Below, piece after piece: positions 1 through 24,258 of a DNA stretch of 64,000 nt. The notes beneath the pieces are model-generated. The model searched no databases and was not told the DNA's origin. It saw only the letters and a program-made list of their open reading frames with translations. How positions within the stretch are numbered: the first letter of the stretch is position 1; every line of letters starts with the position of its first letter. Position numbers and translations under genes: made by a program. The DNA comes from Chrysomallon squamiferum. Its lineage: Eukaryota; Animalia; Mollusca. Where the stretch lies: positions 25,978,001-26,042,000 of the forward strand of contig CM022670.1 of the NCBI GenBank assembly GCA_012295275.1. The letters are read 5' to 3'.

Positions 1-408
1 GTTGACTTAATTACTGGAATCTGTGCCCTTCCCCATAAAGAGTTATATTAGTTAATTTAGTGAAAATAAATTAATATGAACATTTTATTGTTTTTCTATA
101 ACATTAACAGTTACCATTGTGACGATTGTCAGTTGGAAATCTTAATAAATTAATCCCTATACTAGCATACATACTAGCATCAATAATGATGGTCCAGCAT
201 TTTTGGTTTCATTTTATTTTACATATAAAAGTAACTAAGTGACAAAATAAAAAACCACATTTACTTTAATGTGTATTTGGCTTAAAAATGTTTGTATAAC
301 ACCTGCACAAATTTTACTCTTTATTCTAATGATTAATGTAGACTTGTTAATTATGAAATGTGCAACAATACTATTGATATCTCAGTAGATGTGTCATTTT
401 GTTTACAG

Positions 409-11631
<11,223 letters not shown>

Positions 11632-12310
11632 GGAAACTGTACAGTTACCTTTACACAAAGACTTTAAATGACAGCAGTGTTGTTAATTCATTGCTTCACA
11701 ATGAATAAGTGACCAAAAAAAAGCCTGGAAATAAGGGAATAAAGAACTGCACAAAATTGTACATTTTTTTTGTGGAAGTGCTCGGTCATAGATAAAACAG
11801 AACAAAAATGATAATTTGTAGTTAAGTTTCCCCAACATGTTTCAGAAAGTATGAACTAAAATAAAAATAAACTGTAGAATGTAACCACATTTATTTACAG
11901 TTTTATACAAGCAGATTCATTTGTTCTTTAAAACATCAGGAAGTAGTGCAGAAATTTCCCCGAGAAAACATTTCAGTGGCCCCTTGCAGTGCAAAGTTTA
12001 TTCCTAGATAACCTTCATAAAAAGATTGATTTTAATTGTAAATATTTGTTTTACAATGTTCGGTTTTAATTGACATTGAAAGTGCATTTTCACTCAGGAC
12101 CAAATTTCATGACTTAACCAAGATGTAGAATTTGTTTTGGTTTTCATCATTTCGTGAGCAACTTTGAAATGTAAATGTACATGATATGTTGATACGTACT
12201 GTTACATCGTTTAATATATTGTATTTCTTTCAAAAAAAACCCAACTATTGTAACATTCTGTTCGACTTCATCAATGTAGTATCAAGTTTAAATGTTTGTA
12301 AATGCATTTA

Positions 12311-12316
12311 AATAAA
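12311..12316 (+). terminator. Probable polyadenylation signal of SMARCA5
   Basis: AATAAA about 680 nt after the stop codon, followed by a GT/T-rich downstream element (tgtttttttgttgtttg). Confidence 0.5.
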
Positions 12317-12877
12317 ATGTCAGAAAAAGCTGTTTTTTTGTTGTTTGCATTGTTATTGATTATTCATTAGAACTGATCTGAATTGAATATTGATTCAAAA
12401 AAAGACAAAATAATATAAATTTTAAATTAATATTTTATTTTCAAGCACTGTACTTACATGTAAACACATACATACATACATATTTCATGAATTACAGAGT
12501 AACTAAATGCTTTGCCCAATCGAAGAAATATTTAGTACTTTGTTAATCACAGGCAGTGAATATAATAGAACTATAATTTGGAAATTAATGCTCTAAGATT
12601 TCTTTTTCTTTCTTTTTTAAATGTTACTAATTAGCTTGCAAAAAAGATCTGATCATAAATATTTTAGATTTTTGAAAACGTATAACTCTCAAATTTCAGT
12701 TGCATTCATTCATTTTTGGTCATTCAAATCGCCAGTTTTAATTCAGAAATAAAAGTTGTTCCATATAAAAACATACGTGCCACATCCCAAAGTTTTGACG
12801 ACATAAAACAAGTCTAGTGATTTTGTTAGTAAATGTCTGTGTCAAATATAAACACACAACACTAATCTCCATGGTGA

Positions 12878-14415
12878 TCAGTAACCCTTTCTGCCTCGAA
12901 ACCTCTGTCTCATGTCCAGCTGTAACAAGTTAAACAGGAAATTTTTAATATTTCTATTTCCTTATTGTTTATATATAGGCATACAAAGTTACAAATCTTA
13001 ATTTTATTAGTGATTTGCAGATAAGTTGAAATTATTATAATTGCAGAATAAAACATTTTATTTTTTATTAGTTAACAACATTTCACAGAATGAAGTATCA
13101 AAATGAAATTTAAGAACTGCAAAAAAAAAAAGAAATACTGATAACAATTTAATAAATGATGGATTCTCATCAAGTAGAAATTTAATTTTTCTTAACAATC
13201 CTCAAGCTTCTTTCTAAACAAAAGGTTTTATCTCATATCAAAATAACAAGTGTTCTCACCAATGATCTTTTGCATTCAAAGAAAGATACTCTTAAACTCT
13301 GACATTCCTCTGGAACAGATGGATCAAAAGTACGTAAACATTCCTTTGGAGTTTTCCTATCCTGAAAATGAAATGTAAAACAAACAAAAAAAATAACATT
13401 TACAGTTTCACAGATACGTTTTTCTATATCAAGACTGGTTAACCATTTTTTTTCTTGTAGAATCACTTTTTAATGGACAATTTAAAAAAAAAGTATTATT
13501 TATTGGTAATAACAAATATTTAATCAAAGATTTTTAAATATTTGTAGAAGATACCACCTTTCATATTGATAATAAAATGACTGATACAGGAGAAATCTGC
13601 TTGCTCTTCAGTTCAATAATAAGGTCCCAAAACCTGTAACCAATTATACTTAGTTTACGAATGATTACTGTTTTTACACTTTACAGTATAATACTCAACA
13701 ACTACATGATCTAATGAGATGTTAAATAATTCTCAAGTTAATAAATACAAATTTTTAATAATAAATTCAAAGAAATACTAGTCAATAACTATAAATATAT
13801 TATTATTAAAAAATTTTACTTCAAAAAGAAAAATATAGTAAAAGCAATGCTCAGATATTGAATACTGTTAATGATATAAATTAAAGAAATGTTTGGGAAT
13901 TATGAACTCATTTGAACTATAATACCCTTTGATTTTGTTTTGACTTTATACAAATAGTTTATGGAATAAAACAAATTATTTATAACTGAAATATCGTATT
14001 TAATATGGCATCATAGTATTAAATTTCATAATAAATATAAACAATGACATTGAAGATAGTGATTATAGGTCACAGATTCTTGATTATAATATTATTTTAT
14101 TTAATGCATAACTGTGTTTCATGGTGCACAGACAGTGTGATGAAATCAGATGCAAAAATATAATAATAATAATAATAAAATAAAATAAAAAATACAAAAA
14201 TAAATAATAATTTAGAAAAAAATAATATAATTTTAAAACAATAAAGATAAAGATAATAATAATAAAAATAAATAAATAAATGGAGTATTTTACAAATGTA
14301 CCCTGATAACACAGTCACTCTTCAACAGACAAGCTTTAAGATCATCACGAATCCCATGACAAGCTGGCTTGACCTTCTTGCTTTCAACATCCTCTTCTTC
14401 GTAGTATTTTGGCAT
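12878..14415 (-). CDS. COA5: Cytochrome c oxidase assembly factor 5 (Pet191 family), 85 aa, 3 coding exons
   Basis: Exons 14415-14302, 13361-13260 and 12919-12878 (GT-AG, all phase 0) give MPKYYEEEDVESKKVKPACHGIRDDLKACLLKSDCVIR/DRKTPKECLRTFDPSVPEECQSLRVSFFECKRSL/LDMRQRFRGRKGY*. It has twin CX9C motifs plus the MPKYYE N-terminus and FFECKRS.LD.R.RFRGRKGY C-terminus typical of COA5. A likely non-coding first exon has its donor (gtgagtaag) at 15069. Confidence 0.95.
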
Positions 14416-15069
14416 TTTGTCTTGTCAGTATCTTTACAAGATTTCTTCTTCCTATATAAGAATTACACAAAGGGAATTAGTTTCTCTGTCTTGTCTATGA
14501 ATTCACTCCATTGCAAACTACAAGACAGTACCAAAATTAAGGTTACTATTAAACATGGTATATATATATAATGCAAATGATGTTTTTATAATTAAAGAAT
14601 TATTAAGCTTGTCTCTCCTGCACACACAGTATTAGTATAATTTCACCAAACTATTGGTTTCTAATACTAGTGTCATAAGATCTTTATAATATGCTCCTTA
14701 TTTTATTATCCTTACAACAACAAAAAAAAGAGTTATATTTTCCTCAATAATACCAAGCTGTTATTTCATTCAAAAGCAACCGATAAAAAACAAAAAAAAT
14801 CAGTAATAACTAAAACTCGGGAAACAATGGATAATACGTGGAATCATTGCTATATATATGACAATTAAATACTGTTGGTAAAGAACAATTATCAGGTACT
14901 AACTACAGTTATTCAAATTAAACTGTAAGTTAAAACCGAAGGTTTTTATCAACCAACTTCAACGATAGTAAAATAATACACTCATATTTCTAAAGCTGTT
15001 TTAAATCATAACTTCATAAGTTAATTAAAGAAGAAAACATACGTTAGTTAATAAACTATTCTTACTCAC

Positions 15070-15640
15070 AAATAAATAAATCCAGAAATTTCAATTAATC
15101 CAAGCAAAGCAGTGTTTATCACCAGCTGACCTAGTCTTATTAGAAAATTTACAATAACAAGCGAACGTGCAGAGCAGTTCTGATTAATTTAAAATCTTCT
15201 GAACTTACAAATAAAATTTGACAATCGTTCAGTTAGCAGCCTAATTTAATTAAAATATATATCCCACTGCTTTTCTCAAAACACTTTCAAATTTCTGGAA
15301 GATTTTGACTACTTTGACATTACAGATAATTTGTTCTTGATGTTAGTTTCATCAGATCCAATCGGAATAGGTCGGTTAGCTACGCACTTACGGAAAAATA
15401 CAAATCCGAAATCTTGCGATGTGTTTCGGTAATATTCGTATTTTCAACAGAAAGCTACAGTCATGCGCATTAAAATATTGACGTTGTCAACTTCCTACTT
15501 GTTGGTAACTTTCGTATGGATGTGATAAAAAGTTTTAATATTTTTAAACTTTGAAACAATGACGGGTTACCGCGGCTTTTAATACTCGCTTTAATAACGT
15601 TTGAAAATAATAAAAAGTAAAACTGACTACCAAAAGTAAG
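15070..15640. promoter_or_regulatory. Putative bidirectional promoter shared by COA5 and UNC50
   Basis: Locally CpG-retaining segment between a minus-strand donor at 15069 and a plus-strand donor (aaa|gtaag) at about 15636. It contains an NRF1-like CATGCGCAT (15462-15470) and a TTGAC-N3-GTCAA palindrome (15478-15490). TSS positions are inferred, not seen. Confidence 0.6.
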
Positions 15641-16542
15641 ATATATTTTTATATGTTCAAAATAAATTCGATTAAATCATGAATTGGTCACATTCGGATG
15701 ATTCGGTGTTCTGGTATTAATCGAAATAATTATTATTTAATATTTACTAATACAAATAATATCATATCATCATACAATATGCCATGTGAATTGTATGTGA
15801 TACTTTTTATACTGCTTATTCTTACCGTATTTTCAAATTATATCGTCTGACGTCTGTTCTTCATTCTCATTTTTAAGTTTAAGATATATCTTCTATAATC
15901 TATTCTAGAAAGTAGACTGCTGCTGAGTGTATGGACTTAAACTGTTCATTATTAACTGCAGTTTTGCGATGTTTTGATTTGTTTACAGATACCGTGGTAA
16001 AAGGTCCATTCTGTGAAATAACTGGAATGGCTTAAAACCCCACTATCTAAAACATGATTACAGATTAGTGACTACTTATCTACCGAGAATAAACTTCTTA
16101 ATTTCCTTTGATTCTTGCCTCTGTGCGTATTTCACTGTTTGGGTGTCTGTCTGTGTGTGTGTGTGTGGACTGCAGGTGATATGAAAAGATGCAAAACATG
16201 TTGAATTGAAAAATGACCTATTTGTTTTATATCACACAACTGCATTATTCAAGCCAGTTATTTCCTGTGAATATTACTAATTTATTATTATTATTATTAT
16301 TACTTTATTGGGATATTTTATTGTCAGTAAATATTATATCTCGTTAATGTGTTTTGATTTAAGTTGAAAAAAAGAGGTGCAGTCTAAAACCTTTTGATTG
16401 CTGATTCTTTGGAATACAAACCTAATTCAGTGTGTTTGTGGAAAACATACAGAATTTATTGATAGTTATAATTCATACTGCATAATTCAAGTATTATCAT
16501 TATTATTATTTTCACAGATTGTTTCTAACCTGTGCAGTTGTC

Positions 16543-17617
16543 ATGTCAAGTTATACTAAAACATCACCACCTGTGTCTCCAACATCATCTAACCCACAGT
16601 CACCTTTACCTGGTAACTATGGCAATGGACTTACCAGCAGAACTCGTTCTCAGGAAAGCAGGTTGACTGCAACAGCAAAGAGACAGAAATATTTCAAAAG
16701 ACTTTTCAAATTCAAACAAATGGACTTTGAATATGCCTTTTGGCAGATGATATATCTGTTTGTTTCACCACAGAAAGTGTAAGATTTTTAAAAGAAAATG
16801 TGAAACTGCCAAATGAGACAGCAATTATGATTTATTTATTTGTTAATGATTGTTTATGTACATATTCTAAACCATACTTTTTTTATTATAAACTTTAAAT
16901 ATCAAATAAAAAACAAAAATGATACTTAAAAGGTGAATTAAAATATGTTCAAACTAAAAATCAAACTAAAAATCATGAAAAAAAAGAGAAAACCCTTTTT
17001 CATCTTTATCCATGTTAAAATTTAAATTTATTCAAATTTTTCAAGTATTTATGGCTTAAATACATTACAGTTTTTAAAAAATGTGTTATCTAGCTTTATT
17101 TTTGCTATGCATTAAAATTATGTTAAAGATAAATATTAGAATAAATAGTTCTATGGAACAAAAGCAAATATAAGAATTTGTAACTTGTTCTTTAAATAAA
17201 GTGAATGAGTTTTTATTTTACAGATACAGAAATTTTCAGTATAGGAAACGTAAGTACTAATTTTTTGTAATATGTACTCATTGCAGATTCTGTGTTTTAA
17301 TGCAAATGATCATAAGCCATGACATCTATAAACATAATTATTAGAGACAAACACAAATAATGCACACATTTTAAAACAACAACATTTGTAACCCACACTG
17401 TCTGCATTTTACTTTGCTTTTAAATCACAAAGAGGATAAAAATTTCTCAAGCTTTAGGGTTTTACAACAACAGAGTTTGTTATGTGGATATTTTTATTTT
17501 TAAATGTGTAAAAATTTTATTGAAATAAATATATGAAAAAAACCTAATAATTAAACGAATGAAAAAATAACATGAGAAGGAAGCATTATTTTTGTTCTTA
17601 TGAAAACAACAACAAAG

Positions 17618-17649
<32 letters not shown>

Positions 17650-20264
17650 TACTAATATTTGTTCTGTTCCAGACACTAAAGATCAGTGGGCACGAGATGA
17701 TCCTGCATTTCTGGTGCTTTTGAGTTTTTGGTTGCTTGGTAAGAAAAACAGGACTCAGCTTTCTTATTTAGAAAATAATAGAGCTTAGAAATATTAATAG
17801 ATAGATAATATCTTTTAAGTACTTTTTTTTTTTTTTTAAATTGAAACAAATAAATGAGTGAACAGAATATTTATCTGAAGATGAAATATTGAGAAAAGTA
17901 TTCATTATATTTCAGTTTATTTTGGAGTTGATTTTTGTTATTTTAAAGTCAGTATATTGGCTATTTATTAATCTGCTAGGCTTTTTTAAAATTATTATTA
18001 ATTATTATTATTATTTTATAAAAAACATAGTTAGTCCTTCAGAGTGTCAGATTTTATTATTAGGAAATATTGGTGTCTATAATTATACAATGATATTGCT
18101 GAGATATCCAGCTATATATTTACAAATATTTAATGTAACAGTATGTAATTTTATGTTGAATTAGATGATTTATTTTTCCATATATCAACTATATGAAATA
18201 TATTTTCTGACAAGTGCCGATCGGTTTTTATATATAGTTAATAATTGTAATTTAGTTAAAGTGTATGTCTAACTATTTTTATATTTATTTATATTCTCCA
18301 GTCTCATCAGTTGGATTTGCTGTTGTTCTTCATCTTCATTTTGTTGGATTTATCAAGTTTATTCTGTGGGTTATCTTTGTTGACTGCATTGGGGTAGGAA
18401 TCTGTATTGCAACTTTGTTTTGGTAAGTTTAATTTTAATGTAGATAACTTAGTTTATTTCATGTTAATAAAGATTACTTTTGAAAAACAATACTACATTA
18501 GCATGAATGCTCACACACATACACACAGACAGACAGATACACACATATACCCAAAAGCTTTGTTCCCTGTCTAGTATTTACAACAAAAAGTTCATTTCCT
18601 AATAATATATAAATGTATTTAGATTTTGTTAAAAAGCAAATACTTTTCAATTTATATATTCATGTCACTTGAACAGAAACAAGAATTTACTTTTTAGAGT
18701 TTATAAAAACGTGAAGCAATATAAAACTACTTACACAAATTTTATATTTCATCTTAAACCATCCTCAGAAGTAAGATTTATATACCAGGTACATGTAAAT
18801 TTCAAGCAAAAAGTAAATGCATTACTGAAAAAAAAAAAAACACTTTAGTTCTCTAACTTTATATGTAATTGTTATACAAGTAGCCAAAATAAAAAATATA
18901 ATAAATAAGTAAGTAAATGAATAAAGAAAGAAAACAATAAAGATATTAAAATAAAAAAAATTAAAATAATGAAATAAATAAAACTGCTGGTAACAATTGG
19001 AGTGATTTTCATAATTTTGTTTTCAACGTGCAAAGATGTTTTCCCACTGTTTTCACACAGGTTCGTAACAAACCGCTACATGGTGATATCTCCACCGCGG
19101 GGCCAGGACGTGGAGTGGGCGTATGCGTTTGATGTTCATTTAAACGCCTTTTTCCCTCTTCTTATGATTCTTCATCTTTTCCAACTCTTCTTTCTCAAAC
19201 GTGAGCATTTACCTATCAGATAATGAAAATAAATAATTATTCCCACTAAGATTTGAAAAACAGTGTTCTCAAAGACATTTACAAAATCAAATAAGATTCA
19301 TTATTGTTGTTGTTGTTGTTATTGAACAAAAATATTTTCAGAGTTTAAAAATTTCAGAATTGTGAATAACTAATTTATACAACTTCCCAGTCATTTTAGT
19401 TAAATTAAACATTAGTGAAAATGTATTTTGTGATGAAATTGATGCAGATTTTGACACATTTGGTCATGATTATTCATTATCCTGAGATAGTTTTGATTTG
19501 TTTTTATGCAGATTTCATCATTCTTGATAATATCGTGTCTCGGCTTTTTGGAAATACACTTTGGCTTATAGCTATAGGATACTACGTTTACATAACCTTC
19601 CTGGGTTATAGTGGTGAGTTCTGTCATCAGAAAAAATCGTAATCACAAATATATTTAATCATCATTTTCTTTAATGGAAATAATATTTTTTATTTTAGTG
19701 TTTATTAAAATTACCAGTTCATTGCTTATATATATTCTTCACTGATAATCAAGTCTAACTCTCTAAGTAAAAACTTTATTCTTGAAGTGGTGTTTAACAT
19801 AACATTTAACAATGTTTAAAAGTTTATAAATCTCTATTTTTATGTGTTAAATTTTATTCACATATGTGCTTCGTAACCTCTTAATTTTTCAGTGCCTCAT
19901 TACAGAAATCATTTAAGGTTTAAATGTTACACTATGTAAAAAGTGCAGTCAATTTTGTAATAATGTTTATGAGTGTTTATACCTAATATAGCATCATTCA
20001 TGTTTTCTCACAGTGAACAGGGGTTACTATCATCCAGGTTGAAAATTGCTGATTTACATGAAACAAAAATGTCTGTCATTTACTTTTCTGCTGACACGTT
20101 GAACTGATTTTGAATTCTTTGTTTCAGCTCTGCCATTTCTGAAGAATACTAGAACACTGTTGTTTCCAATGACAGGACTGGTTCTTGTGTATATCTTATC
20201 ACTAGCTCTTGGCTGGAACTTCAGCCAAGGACTCTGTAACTTTTACCAATTCAGAGTGTTATAG
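16543..20264 (+). CDS. UNC50: UNC-50 family Golgi membrane protein, 275 aa, 7 coding exons
   Basis: Exons 16543-16778, 17224-17249, 17673-17738, 18302-18422, 19061-19200, 19512-19613 and 20128-20264 (TAG); 828 nt, in frame. Family motifs QMDFEYAFWQM, PQKVYRNFQYRKHTKDQWARDDPAFLVLL, DVEWAYAFDVHLNAFFP, YYVYITFLGYSALPFL. Confidence 0.96.
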
Positions 20265-22549
20265 CACACGTTCAAATGAAACAAGGTATATTTATTTTTT
20301 AACAATCAGAACTTTGTTATTAATAAATATTAACTTTTTTTCTTTCCTTATTTTTGTTATTATTTATTTATTTATTTATTATTATTTTAGTTGTTGAAAT
20401 AATAAAATCCTCAGATTTTCTTACAAGGTACACAAGTGTATCTTGGGAAATATTTATTTTATGCAAATATTTGTTAAATGTGAAATTATGTCGAATGTAA
20501 TTATATGTGCTTTTTGGAGAATCTTTTTGAAGTTAAAATTTAATTTATGTGGTGCAAATCAAGCAGAACATTTCCCTAAATTATCATCCAAACAATTATT
20601 TTTTGTTCAATGGTTAGTTAATTGTCATATCAAGAATGTTGAATTATTTGTAAACTGACACTTTAATAGTTATTTTTGTTATCTTTTCCATAATTTAAAT
20701 TTATTTTTTAAATTTTTATTAATTTTAAAAATATCATACTAATTTTTTTTTTTTTTTAATGCCTATACATTAAGAAAAGTAGATAGAGAGTAGAAATGTT
20801 GGGGGATATGCAGCTTGTTGTTATAACTGTATAGTACGATGTTATGGAAAGATAATCTGTTGTATTTTTCTAATCATCAAATTAATAGAATATGGCTTCA
20901 GTTTTGTCTAAATGAACTGTAAATGATCAATATACTTGCAGGAACAAAATGTTTACATCATAAAATATCATCTGCAATGTTACTGAAATCCTTTTGTCAC
21001 ATAATTAGTTTTATTTATTTATATGTATATCAGTCTTGTATATCACTCTGTGTTTGATGAATAGTGTGCATATTTAATAATATTTAGCACATTGGTGTGA
21101 TTCAAATCACAACCCAGTATTTTTGTTATCATTCTGTGAGTTGTCTCCCTTCGAATCTGAATGATTTTGATAAAAACAGTGACAGTCTTCATGATAATAA
21201 AATGAAACCAATACTGAATAATGTCATGACACTGAAAGGAAAGTTTATTACTATTGTATTAAGAACTTGATTATGTTTACATCAGAAAGGTGTAAATATC
21301 ATAATATGGTGAAGATTTATGTAAAGATGTTTTTTTTTTTTTTTTTTTAAATCTTATTATTCAAATATCGTCTACTTTTAATGAACATAATTTATTTAAT
21401 TACCTAATATCTTCTAACATCAGCTGTGCTAATTAAGTGATTTGAGGATGTTTTAAAACAAAAAACAAATAGTATTTAGAATGTGTTTTTGACAAACTCT
21501 GGTAACAGTGGTGCAGATAATTAAGTGCTTTAATAAAAACATGTATTTTGTGCAAAATATACTATCTGTCCACGAAGATACAGTAATGGACTGTTTAAAC
21601 AAAAAATAAATTGTCAAACAAATCTCTCGTCATCTTTGAGTTTTAAGATCAGTTTCTAAAAGTTGAGTGATAACAGAAATAAAACTGAAATAGTGTTGAA
21701 ACTTATTTGTGATGAAATGTTGACTGTGCCAATTAGATTTTATTTTATAATTTTTTTTTTTTTTATTGTTTTATTATTGTTATTATTATTTAAAAAAAAT
21801 TTAATGATAGTTCTCTGGTGTTAAATTAATGTGAAATATTGTTTAGTAAATTCTAATAAATTCTGTTTTATTTATGTAGCCCATAAATTGTATGTCTAGA
21901 ACAAAAACCTTTTAATTAAATAAAGTTTAATAAGCTACATAATGTACATTTTCCAGTTTTATTTTTGGAAGTTTTTCTTGAAGTTCAGTTTCAGCTTTGG
22001 CAGATGACATCAGAAAAATTGAAATTTTTTGAAAATTTACTTGAAGTTAATTTAATAACTGGGATCCCATTGACTAGTTACATTCATTTTCAAAGTATTG
22101 CTACAGTCCATGTTTTTAATAGTTTTATTTTAGTTGGAGAACAAATATAAGAAATAATTAAAAATGATACTAGAAAGTGCATCGGTGTAACCTAAGAAAA
22201 CAATTATTAAACATACTGTATATATGATACATATTTATGATAAAATAAAGACTGCTTTGACATTGATAGATCTTATCAGCATCTCCATTACTGATCCAAA
22301 TTCATTTTTTATTTTTTTTTTATTTCTTTGGGTTTGACAGCATTCAAATGTTTACATCTTCAAAAACCATGCAACAGTTTCATTTTTTTTTTTTTTTTTT
22401 TTTTACCTGATGTTTGTTATGCCATTGATTTGTATTTTTGTTTATATATGTGTATATTATTATTATTTTGTATATAGTTTTGTAAATATTTGGGTGATAT
22501 GTACAGAGAAATCTCATAATTTTGTAATAATGCCACTTTCAACCAGTGT

Positions 22550-22555
22550 AATAAA
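22550..22555 (+). terminator. Candidate polyadenylation signal of UNC50 (about 2.3-kb 3'UTR)
   Basis: AATAAA followed by a T/GT-rich tract. Several other AATAAA hexamers occur upstream, so the choice is uncertain. Confidence 0.3.
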
Positions 22556-24258
22556 GACAAACAAAAAGGTTTTAAATTGTTGTTTATTTCCTCCTTTGTG
22601 AATTTGTAAACAAAGAAATGAAATATTCAAGATCTTCATTCACCATTTTGTTTTCAGTCAAAAATAAGTCAATTTTTTTCATTTCGAAATCTTAAAAACA
22701 ATTTAGCCATTCATTCAGATGTGTAACATAATTGTAGAATTATAATATACATATAAATGAAACATTTAAAAAAGAATATATATACCTTTTTTCAACACCA
22801 CTGAATCAAACAAATATATCATAATGTATAGAAAGTGACAAATTTAAAACAAAAATTATAATGCTGAATGTGCTTAAAAATCTCAAAACATTAAGTTATT
22901 AATGAAGCCAGCATTAGAATACATTTCTTTATCGATTTTTAATTTTTTGATATGAATTTGCTTGTTACATTTTGGAGCTATTCTCAAAACTAACATAAGT
23001 ACTTTTGTATAGGCCTACATCTGTTTGATTATGGATCATGTAAATAGGAAAGTACATCAACAAACTCAAACCTTATTCTGCAGTTATTAATGATCTGGTT
23101 TGACACTGTAAATCTAGTTTTTCTTTGACATAATTTCTATATTGCATCTACTGTTATTGTAATATTTATTAGCAATATATTCTGGAGTGGCTCTAATTAA
23201 AATACATATACAAACTGATAAACAAATACAAACTGATAAACAGTCTTGCATGAATCTCGAGCAGTATACTTTATTGAAGTTTAAAAAAATTAAAGAACTG
23301 TATGCATAACTTAAAACAAAAAGTATTATTAATTAGCTTGCAATGGTTATAAATAACAAAGTAATCTATAACAGACTGGACATAATAATGCACAAAAATA
23401 ATTATAAATTACTGTTTATTATTTCTGTATGATGTACAAAAGAGCCCTGGGTTTCATTTGGATCAACATAAAATTGAGGTACAATAAATCTCAAATACAA
23501 AAATGAAGTTCATATATGGCACAAATTCATGATGCAATCTCCACAATATATTATAGAGACAATTGCAATAAAAATATATAAATCAATTTAAAATTCAAGA
23601 TGCAAATAAACTTTCAGTGATTTACATAATATGATACACTAATATGTTTGTTAAAACCAAAATAATGACTCAAACATACTTGAAGCCACAAAAAAGTGAA
23701 CATTAAAAACTTCATGACCATTTATACACTACTGTACAGTGATAATGAAAATAAAAATTATCACAATAGCAACAAAAATAAAAATATGTAAATTGTTTCA
23801 CACTTGAACTTTGAAGCACGTGATACAAACTGGTTGCAATGTACAGTGATATCTTTATGTGAATATCAAAAAATAATAACAGCAATCAAAATAATAACAC
23901 ATCAAGACACAATGGAATTCATAAATTTAAAAATGCTATAAATATCAGAATTGTAGAAATGTGATGTGTGTAACATTGTGTTTATACATACATACATATA
24001 TATATCTATATATATATACAGTAGATACATTATATATATATATATATATATAATGTATGTATAAACACGTGTATATATGTATTTATAGTTATGTATAGTT
24101 GTGACGTCTCATGAAAATAAAACCTGTTATGTGCTTCAAGTCACATGACGTAATAATACACTGGTTATGATGATTCTAATACATCACAGCACTCTTGTTC
24201 CACTTCGAGCTACCCGCGATCCACGACTCACTCAAGTCCACGTGTTGTGACTGGGTTG

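Noticed and set aside
19430-19486. Possible intronic box C/D snoRNA in UNC50 (GTGATGA ... CTGA)
   Set aside because: It is short, has no convincing terminal stem, lies only about 25 nt from the acceptor, and I recognise no rRNA complementarity. Such motifs are expected by chance in AT-rich DNA.
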